From: a virus
Direction: 5' to 3' (one strand)
DNA length: 43,675 nucleotides
Virus record (IMG/VR): IMGVR_UViG_3300025117_000012
Span: 1-43,675 of that record
Shown here: in pieces, positions 33,712 through 40,829 of the stretch
Layout: the number at the start of each line of letters is the position of its first letter
Numbering within the stretch: the first letter of the stretch is position 1
Made by a program: the position numbers and the translations under genes
Notes under the pieces: generated by a model
Told to the model about the DNA's origin: nothing
Seen by the model: only the letters and a program-made list of their open reading frames with translations
The model's database searches: none

Positions 33712-34170
33712 ATGCCTCCTGCACCCTCTACCACCTTTTTGCGCGAAACAGCGAATTTGGCGCGAAACATCCAAGCCGCGTTCTGGGAGCTGGCAAAACG
33801 GCTGTGCAGAATCAAAGGCGAGGAATTATGGGTCGGAACTTTCGCCTCTTATGACGACTTCTTGGAGGAGTTGCAGATTAGCCGCGCAATGGACACGAAA
33901 CTGCGGACTGTGTTTCTGCGGTTCAAAGATACAGTTTCCCCAGGGAAAATCGCGGAGATAGGGATTACGAAGCTGTATCTGATTGCGAGTCGGTGCGAGG
34001 ATAGTGAAAAAGCGGCGGCGTTCGTAGAGGTAGCGGCACAACTTGGACGCTCCGATTTACAAGAAGCAATCCGCGAGGACAAGTTTGGGACGCACGAATG
34101 CAAAGGAAACGAGGTAACTTTTATGATTTGCGGTTCCTGCTCCCGATGGATAAGAATTAAAAGCAAATAA
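33712..34170 (+). CDS. hypothetical protein with C-terminal Cys cluster
   Basis: First ATG at 33712; the track start at 33691 is a TTG. Ends ...HECKGNEVTFMICGSCSRW. Confidence 0.55.
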   Translation: MPPAPSTTFLRETANLARNIQAAFWELAKRLCRIKGEELWVGTFASYDDFLEELQISRAMDTKLRTVFLRFKDTVSPGKIAEIGITKLYLIASRCEDSEKAAAFVEVAAQLGRSDLQEAIREDKFGTHECKGNEVTFMICGSCSRWIRIKSK

Positions 34171-35207
34171 TGGAAAAATACCTCAACCAAATCATTTGCG
34201 GAGACAGCTTGGAAGTGTTGCGGGGGATCCCGAGCGAGAGCGTGGACTGCCTCATTACGAGTCCGCCGTACTGGAATCTGCGCGATTACAACATCGAAGG
34301 ACAGCTAGGGCTTGAACCGACATTCCACGAATATATCTCAAAACTTTGCGATATGTTTGATGAAGTAAAACGCGTCTTGAAATCAAAGGGAACTTGCTTT
34401 GTGAACCTCGGTGATCCCTATTCGGGAAACAAAAACGGAAAGACGGATAACAAAGTATCGGAGTACCTGAAAAAAACTTCTTCCGGAATCCGGAAGAAGG
34501 CAACGATTCAAGAAAAATGCTTGTGCCAGATTCCTTCTCGTTTTGCAATAGAAATGTGCGAACGAGATTGGATTCTCCGTAACACAATAATTTGGCACAA
34601 AAAGAACGCAATGCCTAGCTCGGTACTTGACCGACTAACAAACAAATACGAACAAGTCTTTTTCTTCACAAAATCGTCCCGTTACTTTTTTGATATTAAC
34701 TCAATACGAGTCCCATTTGAGACAGACGAAAAAAGACCGAATGGACTAGAACGAAATCGTGAACATGACTACAACAGCAAGTTCAACACATTACAGGCAG
34801 AAAAAATAGGTTCGCCAAGAGCAAGAATATCAAAAAAGTTCAACACCACGGCGGGAACAAAGACGCGGGAGCAGGAGGAACAAGCTAACCGTTTCGGGAT
34901 TCGTAGGAATCCCGAAACGGTGTATGACAGAAATCCTAAAGGGAAGAATCCGGGGGATGTGTGGACTCTTGTTTCTGAACCTTATCCTGACGCTCACTTT
35001 GCGATGTTCCCGCAGAAGTTGATTGAACCTATGATACTCGCCGGATGTCCTGTGGGGGGGGTCGTACTTGATTGCTTCATGGGCGCGGGAACCACCGCAG
35101 TAGTAGCGAAAAAGCTAGGAAGGAACTACATCGGCATCGAACTCAACCCCGAATACATCAAAATCGCAGAGCAGAGAATCGCCGCCACCACCCCGCCGCT
35201 TTGGTAA
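34170..35207 (+). CDS. N4-cytosine/N6-adenine DNA methyltransferase (beta-class motif order)
   Basis: 345 aa. Motif IV DCLITSPPYWNLRDY comes first. Motif I VLDCFMGAGTTAVVAKKLGRNYIGIELNPEY lies at the C-terminus. Confidence 0.85.
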   Translation: MEKYLNQIICGDSLEVLRGIPSESVDCLITSPPYWNLRDYNIEGQLGLEPTFHEYISKLCDMFDEVKRVLKSKGTCFVNLGDPYSGNKNGKTDNKVSEYLKKTSSGIRKKATIQEKCLCQIPSRFAIEMCERDWILRNTIIWHKKNAMPSSVLDRLTNKYEQVFFFTKSSRYFFDINSIRVPFETDEKRPNGLERNREHDYNSKFNTLQAEKIGSPRARISKKFNTTAGTKTREQEEQANRFGIRRNPETVYDRNPKGKNPGDVWTLVSEPYPDAHFAMFPQKLIEPMILAGCPVGGVVLDCFMGAGTTAVVAKKLGRNYIGIELNPEYIKIAEQRIAATTPPLW

Positions 35208-35213
35208 TTCACT

Positions 35214-35492
35214 ATGACCGAAACAAAACCGAAAGGAATCCCGCCCGAATTGCTTGTGAAGATACGCTCCGAGCCGTGGTACGAAAAATGCGCGCTCACA
35301 GGCAGATGTCCCGTTCAAATTCATCATCACTTGCGCTATCAAGGACGAAAATTGCAAGAGTTGTTCTCGCTGATTCCCCTCCATCCCGATATTCACGCCC
35401 GCGTCCACGAAAAAGAGATACGGGAGAAATGCGACAAAATTGTATGGGACAGGGCAACGGAGGAGGAGCGAAAAAAGTATGGTCTCAACTGA
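35214..35492 (+). CDS. small HNH-like protein (uncertain)
   Basis: 92 aa. CALTGRCPVQIHHHL...LIPLHPDIHARVHE has Cys and His spacing reminiscent of an HNH or His-Me finger. Not conclusive. Confidence 0.35.
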   Translation: MTETKPKGIPPELLVKIRSEPWYEKCALTGRCPVQIHHHLRYQGRKLQELFSLIPLHPDIHARVHEKEIREKCDKIVWDRATEEERKKYGLN

Positions 35493-35790
35493 AAAAACAA
35501 CGCAACGGGCAATTACCGATTATTTGTCCTTTAGAAAAAAACTTTGGTGGCGGAATAACACAGGCGCGTATGCGAATGAATACAAGGGAAAAAGATACTA
35601 TGTCCGATATGGAGAAACGGGAAGCCCCGATGTATATGTCCTTGATATGGGTGTCCTTTACGGTATAGAGGTGAAAGATGTAAAAGGCAAACTGTCCGAA
35701 GCCCAAGTGTCCTTTAGAGAGCGATTTGAGAAAGCGGGAGGGCGGTACATTCTTGCCAAAAGTTTAGATGATGTTGTAACTCGGCTCTGA
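35479..35790 (+). CDS. VRR-NUC domain nuclease
   Basis: ATG at 35479 (MVSTEK) overlaps the previous stop. ITDYLSFRKKLWWRNNTGAY...GSPDVYVL...YGIEVKDVKGKLSEAQ gives the PD...(E)VK core. Confidence 0.7.
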   Translation: MVSTEKTTQRAITDYLSFRKKLWWRNNTGAYANEYKGKRYYVRYGETGSPDVYVLDMGVLYGIEVKDVKGKLSEAQVSFRERFEKAGGRYILAKSLDDVVTRL

Positions 35791-35816
35791 TTTTCCCCGG
35801 GGAAAATGATACAAAA
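35791..35816. promoter_or_regulatory. 16-bp perfect palindrome TTTTCCCCGGGGAAAA plus TGATAC, copy 1 of a repeated motif
   Basis: Read directly. 18 of the first 20 nt match the copy at 38128..38147. Confidence 0.6.
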
Positions 35817-35838
35817 ACCGCCCCATTTTTGAGGCGGT
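35817..35838 (-). terminator. terminator for the minus-strand block
   Basis: accgcc / ccatttttga / ggcggt. On the minus strand the stem is followed by TTTTT. Confidence 0.55.
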
Positions 35839-35867
35839 AATTGCTCCCAGCTAATATCGTCCATCGG

Positions 35868-36392
35868 CTATTTAAGCCCAAACGCTTTTCTAATGCCCGA
35901 TAAATAGTCCTCTGTGTCGCTTATGTTGAAGCAACCGAGAAATGAGGACATCCAGCGTTCGCAGACGCCCTTAAACCCGTATTTATCCGTAACGGTAACG
36001 CCTACACTTACTAACGGAGTTTGATAGCCCGTCAGTCCCCAGCTTTGCATTATCGCCATTGGGTCCATGTTACCGCAGTTCGCGCCGAACGACTGTGAAG
36101 TGAGCGCGATAACTCCCGCCGTAGTGCTTGCCACTTCCGCTACAAGGGTGTTTTGTCCCAGAAACGGCCCAGACGATGTTACCTGCCACGAGCTATCACC
36201 TGATGAAAATGTCGCGATAACTTGCTCGTTCAGCTTAATTCGGAGCGTATCGGGGACGCTGTAGCCAGCTGTGCCGCGAAATACCGCAGAACTGCACACT
36301 GTTGGGATAATATCGGCCGTTACGCTTGCGGCTTGTGCCGTAAACGGCAAGATAACTGCGATTGTGAGTATTCCTATGATGATTTTATTCAT
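35868..36392 (-). CDS. secreted protein, unknown function
   Basis: 174 aa with signal peptide MNKIIIGILTIAVILPFTAQA|AS. Confidence 0.6.
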   Translation of the reverse strand: MNKIIIGILTIAVILPFTAQAASVTADIIPTVCSSAVFRGTAGYSVPDTLRIKLNEQVIATFSSGDSSWQVTSSGPFLGQNTLVAEVASTTAGVIALTSQSFGANCGNMDPMAIMQSWGLTGYQTPLVSVGVTVTDKYGFKGVCERWMSSFLGCFNISDTEDYLSGIRKAFGLK

Positions 36393-36706
36393 TGTTTTAT
36401 TTCATTATCTGCTAATGTCCGACCTTTTTCGCGCTGTTCTCCCGCACGCGCGTGAACGGGACGCCACCTTGCCAACGACGCTTTTCTTGCGCTCATTATG
36501 CGCTCTTCAGGCGTTAGTTTGGCGTTTGTGATTTGCGCGCCTCTCGCGCCCAGACAACGGGCGCACGATAGCGAATTGCCGCAGATTTTACACAGCGCCT
36601 CGCTGATTGCCTCTATGGGGCTATTTCCAAAACCATGTATCGTGCCGTTGCTCGTGTTTTGCTCGGCATGGTAGCGGTTTCTTTGTTCGCTTTTGGTGAT
36701 TTTCAC
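36389..36706 (-). CDS. hypothetical Cys-containing protein
   Basis: 105 aa with a GTG start. Contains CKICGNSLSCARC. ATGA overlap with the downstream gene. Confidence 0.5.
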   Translation of the reverse strand: MKITKSEQRNRYHAEQNTSNGTIHGFGNSPIEAISEALCKICGNSLSCARCLGARGAQITNAKLTPEERIMSARKASLARWRPVHARAGEQREKGRTLADNEIKQ

Positions 36707-36717
36707 GACAATATAAG

Positions 36718-36882
36718 TTAGCCGATAAGCCCAGATTGTCCGTCCAGATACACGACCACAAGGAAGCCGAGAATGAGGAGGAGGGCGATGAGGGCATATT
36801 TCGCGCGCTGTAGGGCAAGGGCGCGCTTGTAGGAGGGCAAGGGATGGCCGAGGGTGAAGCCGATATCTTGGGGGATTTTCAT
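36718..36882 (-). CDS. small membrane protein (54 aa)
   Basis: Below the track cutoff: MKIPQDIGFTLGHPLPSYKRALALQRAKYALIALLLILGFLVVVYLDGQSGLIG. Confidence 0.45.
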   Translation of the reverse strand: MKIPQDIGFTLGHPLPSYKRALALQRAKYALIALLLILGFLVVVYLDGQSGLIG

Positions 36883-36919
36883 AGTTTTATGAGATACACT
36901 TTTCCGATAATTGTCCGGC

Positions 36920-37081
36920 TCATTTGCTTACGCTATCGTACCTAAATGCTTTGTCCTCAGCTTCTTCAATCTCTTTTCCGATAGTGTTCATAATCTCAAT
37001 AGCTCTCGCGTCAAGGAAAGACGCGCCCCAGTTGATTTTGGAAAAGAGATATTTTAGTTTCTCGGTGATTGGTTCTTTCAT
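36920..37081 (-). CDS. small hypothetical protein (53 aa)
   Basis: Below the track cutoff: MKEPITEKLKYLFSKINWGASFLDARAIEIMNTIGKEIEEAEDKAFRYDSVSK. Starts 2 nt after the upstream stop. Confidence 0.45.
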   Translation of the reverse strand: MKEPITEKLKYLFSKINWGASFLDARAIEIMNTIGKEIEEAEDKAFRYDSVSK

Positions 37082-37083
37082 GT

Positions 37084-37218
37084 TTATTTATTTTTTCTTG
37101 GCTTAATTCTCGTCATAATCACGACCATGACATGAACCAATGTTTTGTTTATTTTTGCCGCTTTGCGTTTTAGTTTGTCCACTTCTTTGCAAGAGTTTTC
37201 GTAGGCGTTTTTTGTCAT
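37084..37218 (-). CDS. small basic protein (44 aa; start uncertain)
   Basis: MTKNAYENSCKEVDKLKRKAAKINKTLVHVMVVIMTRIKPRKNK. The track ORF extends to 37323. Confidence 0.3.
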   Translation of the reverse strand: MTKNAYENSCKEVDKLKRKAAKINKTLVHVMVVIMTRIKPRKNK

Positions 37219-37271
37219 TGTGTAAATTAGTAAGCTGATAATTTCATGTCGTCCCGCACTCGGCGCGCGTT

Positions 37272-37463
37272 TCACTTCACTATCATCTTTGCCTGCTCCG
37301 CGTCCATCTCGCAAGAGTAGCAACTCGTCTCAAAACTTCGGCACTCATGTCCATTCCGGCAAGTCCAATTGTAATCTGACGGAAATGCCCTGCCTCCCAC
37401 GCCTCGCGTAATCTTTACCGCATTTTCTTTTTTCATGTATGTTTCGCACGAGAACTTTCTCAT
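37272..37463 (-). CDS. small Cys-rich protein (63 aa)
   Basis: MRKFSCETYMKKENAVKITRGVGGRAFPSDYNWTCRNGHECRSFETSCYSCEMDAEQAKMIVK. The upstream part of the 155-aa track ORF overlaps the ArdC-like gene in another frame. Confidence 0.4.
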   Translation of the reverse strand: MRKFSCETYMKKENAVKITRGVGGRAFPSDYNWTCRNGHECRSFETSCYSCEMDAEQAKMIVK

Positions 37464-37533
37464 AAATCTACTCTTGCCGTTATCAAAGAACAGAGCGCGA
37501 ACGCTCACAACTTCATACAAGCGGAGTAATAAT

Positions 37534-37830
37534 CTATGCAACGGGTACGATTTCCTCGGTTTGCGCCTCATTAAAGACGACGAAGCCGCGAAAGTAAGAT
37601 GAACGCTTGGTTTTGCCGGTCTTTTCGTCTTTCTCGTTTGCCGTCCCGAACGCTCGGCAATAAATGCCGTGCTGTCCTTTCTGCACTTGTCGCCCGGCTG
37701 TAAGCCATTGACGAAAGGTCGCAAATCGCGGCGACTCAAAGTTTCCGTTAAGTAACGCGGCTATGTTGCCGCCTTGATATTCAATGCCAGTGGTGGCGTT
37801 GAAAGGTATGATTATTTTTGTTGCTTCCAT
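37534..37830 (-). CDS. ArdC N-terminal-like ssDNA-binding protein (stand-alone)
   Basis: 98 aa. GIEYQGGNIAALLNGNFESPRFATFRQWLTAGRQVQKGQHGI follows the y.G.N..LL...g..s..w.Tf.Q....G..V.KG..G pattern of the ArdC N-domain. No metalloprotease domain follows. Confidence 0.5.
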   Translation of the reverse strand: MEATKIIIPFNATTGIEYQGGNIAALLNGNFESPRFATFRQWLTAGRQVQKGQHGIYCRAFGTANEKDEKTGKTKRSSYFRGFVVFNEAQTEEIVPVA

Positions 37831-37999
37831 AGTTTTATGGGTTATCGCTTGTGTATGAAGTTGTCAGGGTTCGGAAGTAGCCCGCCGCCCGCTATCCTAT
37901 CGTTTGAGTCCTTGCGGGACTCTTGCGCGGTTGCGGCGGCGTAATGTATTATGAAGCTACTAGATGATGAGATGAACTGGAGGGCTCGTCTCTCTCTAT

Positions 38000-38015
38000 G
38001 GTAGAGTCTACCGCA
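38000..38015. promoter_or_regulatory. palindrome GGTAGAgTCTACC carrying the origin-iteron core TCTACCGCA
   Basis: ggtagagtctaccgca read directly. Same half-sites as the iterons at 31221-31316. Lies in the 406-bp divergent non-coding region. Confidence 0.5.
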
Positions 38016-38127
38016 GGCGTGCGGATATGTAAAGGGGGAAACAGGCGAAAAATGGGGATAGCTGTTTGACGGTATAACATAGCCACATTTCAACTATTGC
38101 CGTTTTATTTCGTTTGTGTGGTAATAA

Positions 38128-38151
38128 TTTCCCTGGGGAAACTGATAAAAT
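38128..38151 (+). promoter_or_regulatory. near-palindrome TTTCCCTGGGGAAA followed by an extended -10-like TGaTAAAAT (candidate regulated promoter of the packaging/structural block)
   Basis: Read directly. Copy 2 of the motif at 35791. Lies 86 nt upstream of the first plus-strand gene at 38237. Confidence 0.45.
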
Positions 38152-38236
38152 GCCTTTTCGTAATAGACGCAAATACGTAAAACCGCGCTAAAAAGATATT
38201 AAAAACTACTCATATAAGAGTTAAAAACTATCATAG

Positions 38237-38716
38237 ATGGCTATATTTCTTGCAGGAAGGACGGCAGAAAAGCTCGTAGAGGCTGCTAGTGAAGGTAGGA
38301 AGTTAACGATAACAGAGGCTGCGAGACAAGTAGGCGCAAGCGTTTCTTACGCTCAAAACGGCACGCTTGTGAAAGCAAAATCGTTCCAAGCTGTCATCGC
38401 AAAATGGCGCGAACCTCTTGCAAAAAAGCTCATGCAGGGTGCGTCACACTCTTTTTCAGAAGTCAATAGAAGGCTTAAAAAAAAGACGACAATCAAGGAC
38501 ATTTCCACCCGCGATTTAATCGCAGGCGGCGCAGTAATGTTTGACAAAGCACAGCTTCTCACAGGCGGCCCAACGCAGAGAGTGGAGACTTTGGGCGCAT
38601 TTTTGTTGAAGTATATTGAATCGGAGCCGCAAGAAGGAGAACAAAGCGCCATAGACGCAAACACTGTTAATAACAACAAGAGTCAACAGGTGGAAAATCC
38701 CTCGGTTGAGCCATAA
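38237..38716 (+). CDS. HTH protein, small terminase candidate
   Basis: 159 aa. N-terminal helix-turn-helix-like LTITEAARQVGASVSYAQNG. It is the first gene of the block, two genes upstream of the large terminase. Confidence 0.45.
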   Translation: MAIFLAGRTAEKLVEAASEGRKLTITEAARQVGASVSYAQNGTLVKAKSFQAVIAKWREPLAKKLMQGASHSFSEVNRRLKKKTTIKDISTRDLIAGGAVMFDKAQLLTGGPTQRVETLGAFLLKYIESEPQEGEQSAIDANTVNNNKSQQVENPSVEP

Positions 38717-38727
38717 AGGAGGGGGAT

Positions 38728-38826
38728 ATGGGGGGTGGGGTAATACCGCAAATGGAGGCGGGTGGTGGAACAGATAAGAGTAAACCAACGCCTATTTTCG
38801 GCCTAAAACGCCTACTTTCGGCTTAA
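38728..38826 (+). CDS. possible 32-aa ORF with consensus Shine-Dalgarno
   Basis: AAGGAGG lies 5 nt upstream of the ATG. Sequence MGGGVIPQMEAGGGTDKSKPTPIFGLKRLLSA. Its 3' half is the 2 x 20-bp tandem repeat. Confidence 0.3.
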   Translation: MGGGVIPQMEAGGGTDKSKPTPIFGLKRLLSA

Positions 38827-38827
38827 A
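38788..38827. repeat. 2 x 20-bp tandem direct repeat
   Basis: acgcctattttcggcctaaa / acgcctactttcggcttaaa, 18 of 20 identical. Confidence 0.9.
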
Positions 38828-38888
38828 TTGTACCCATAACTGCTATTCCCAGTTGCTATTTGTATATCGTTTTTGGCATAATGAACTG

Positions 38889-39290
38889 ATGAAACGATAT
38901 ACAAAAACCTTTCTCCTGCGATTAAGCGATTTACAATTAGCGGAAATAAAGCAAAAGGGTGGTTCAAAGTATATTCGCAGTAAGTTATTTGCGGGTACAA
39001 AGCAGAATGTACCCACAAAACCCCGCTCTCTCATCGCCGAATGTACTACAACGGACGAAAACGGTTTACAAACTTTTGACGCTACAATGCTTTCTGAAGC
39101 TCGCCGCAAGTCCTCAAATCTTGATGAGGAGTTCAACCCTTACGCGCCCAAGACGGAAGTTATCAATGGCGAGGAATATACGATGGTTTCTGATTTGAAG
39201 TGCGAGGAGTGCGGCAGCAACCAATTTCTTAAATACAATAAGTTTCTGCGCCGACCCGCGTGTATGAATTGCACTAAAATAGGGTGGTAG
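38889..39290 (+). CDS. hypothetical protein with a possible ribbon-helix-helix N-terminus and C-terminal Zn ribbon
   Basis: ATG at 38889; the track start at 38853 is a TTG. MKRYTKTFLLRLSDLQLAEIKQKGG ... CEECGSNQFLKYNKFLRRPACMNC. Confidence 0.5.
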   Translation: MKRYTKTFLLRLSDLQLAEIKQKGGSKYIRSKLFAGTKQNVPTKPRSLIAECTTTDENGLQTFDATMLSEARRKSSNLDEEFNPYAPKTEVINGEEYTMVSDLKCEECGSNQFLKYNKFLRRPACMNCTKIGW

Positions 39291-39317
39291 GATATACGAA
39301 GGAGGGGGTATAGGGGG

Positions 39318-40817
39318 GTGGGGGTAGCCGTCTTCGGAAGACCGTCTTTTATGGATAAACAAAAAGAGTACTTTCAAAAATTATTCCGCTCCCCGATATT
39401 TCTGATTAAGGAGTTCTGGGGGCTTTTTCCGCAACCGCTTATCTGCGAGAAACAACACAAGCATACCTTCAATTGTTATGGCGAGTTTGTGCTTGGACAG
39501 CACATAACGTGGCAACAGACACAAGTTCTTGAAGCGATAGAGGCAGGTAAAAATCGCATTTCCGTAAGGTCGGGAAATGGGATTGGCAAGGACGCTCTGC
39601 TCTCGTGGCTTATTCATTGGTATCTCTTTACCCATTATCGGGCGCAAATCGGCTGTACCGCCCCCTCTGCGGACCAGCTCTATGATGTTTTATGGAAAGA
39701 ACTTTCGGTATGGAATCAAAAATTGCCTGAAACGATTAAGAAGTCGTTTGAATGGACAACCGACAGGTACCGGCTCGCGGAAGCCCCTGAAATATGGTGG
39801 GCGAGAGCAAGGACTGCAAGGCGAGAAACGCCCGAAGCGTTTGCCGGTTTACACGGCAAATATGTCTGTCTTTTGGGTGATGAAGCTTCGGCGATAGATG
39901 ACGCCATCTTCAGCGCGGGTGAAGGCGCGCTTACGGGTGAAAACACTCTTGTCGTTCTTGTCGGGAACCCAACTCGTTTGGAGGGCTTCTTTTACGAAAC
40001 TCATACCAAGTTCAAAGATAGATGGACGATTTTTGCGTTTAATGGAGAGGAAAGCCCTATCGTAAGACGCGATTTCGTAGAGGAAACGATAGCGAAATAT
40101 GGTCGCGAGTCGGACGAATTTCGCTGGAAAGTACAAGGCGAGTTTCCGAAATCGGAGGGGATGGACTTGAAGGGCTGGATGCCCCTGCTTTCGGAAGCTG
40201 AATTAAAGTTTTGCCCCGATGTCGGCTCGTTCAAGAGTCCCGCGCTCGGCATAGACCCTTCGGGTGAGGGCTCGAATAAAACGGCAATGGTTGTCCGAGA
40301 CGCATTTATGGCAAAGATAGTATTGGAGGAACAGTTCTCCACTCCGAAAGGCATTGCCGATAAGGCATTGACATTCGGAATCCATTATAGTATTTCAGTT
40401 GAAAGAATGGTGATTGACTCATTCGGCGCCGGAAGCAATGTTGGAATGGAAATCTCTCTCTCATCGGGGGAAAGGCCGAGAGCGGTTAATGTCGGCGAAA
40501 GAGCGGACGATCCCGAACGATTCGTGAATATGCGCGCGGAATTGTACTGGCGGCTTCGCGAGTGGATTCTGAAAGGCGGCCAGCTGGTGAATCATCCTCA
40601 TTGGAAGCAGTTGCTTACGATTCGCTATAAACGGACAGGAGCGGGCAAGATTCAGATAATGAGCAAATCTGAATCAAAGACAGTCTACGGCTTTGATTCT
40701 CCTGATCTTGCTGATGCTTTGAGTTTGTCTTTTTTTGGCGACAATGAACCTCTTATGGGAGAAAGGAGGAGAGAGCTTTCTAACAATGAGATAGTTCAAA
40801 TTACGAGTGTGTATTGA
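39318..40817 (+). CDS. terL: terminase large subunit
   Basis: 499 aa. The GTG at 39318 has GGAGG 12 nt upstream; an alternative ATG is at 39351. Walker A SVRSGNGIGKDAL and Walker B VCLLGDEAS. Nuclease Asp motifs LGIDPSGEG and SPDLADALS. Confidence 0.85.
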   Translation: MGVAVFGRPSFMDKQKEYFQKLFRSPIFLIKEFWGLFPQPLICEKQHKHTFNCYGEFVLGQHITWQQTQVLEAIEAGKNRISVRSGNGIGKDALLSWLIHWYLFTHYRAQIGCTAPSADQLYDVLWKELSVWNQKLPETIKKSFEWTTDRYRLAEAPEIWWARARTARRETPEAFAGLHGKYVCLLGDEASAIDDAIFSAGEGALTGENTLVVLVGNPTRLEGFFYETHTKFKDRWTIFAFNGEESPIVRRDFVEETIAKYGRESDEFRWKVQGEFPKSEGMDLKGWMPLLSEAELKFCPDVGSFKSPALGIDPSGEGSNKTAMVVRDAFMAKIVLEEQFSTPKGIADKALTFGIHYSISVERMVIDSFGAGSNVGMEISLSSGERPRAVNVGERADDPERFVNMRAELYWRLREWILKGGQLVNHPHWKQLLTIRYKRTGAGKIQIMSKSESKTVYGFDSPDLADALSLSFFGDNEPLMGERRRELSNNEIVQITSVY

Positions 40818-40829
40818 TATAATGAACGT

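Noticed and set aside
33356-33774. Track ORFs 33356..33550(+) and 33547..33774(-)
   Set aside because: Both compete with better-looking, translationally coupled small plus-strand ORFs (33307 onwards and 33528..33701) and have implausible composition.
35072-35668. 198-aa plus-strand ORF overlapping the methyltransferase, HNH-like and VRR-NUC genes
   Set aside because: It is an alternative frame of three well-supported genes, with R/S/K-rich sequence typical of out-of-frame translation.
37842-38093. 83-aa minus-strand ORF in the divergent region
   Set aside because: Its composition is not protein-like (runs of S, P, H). There is no coupling to neighbours, and it runs through hairpins, palindromes and promoter-like elements. 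I treat the region as non-coding control DNA.
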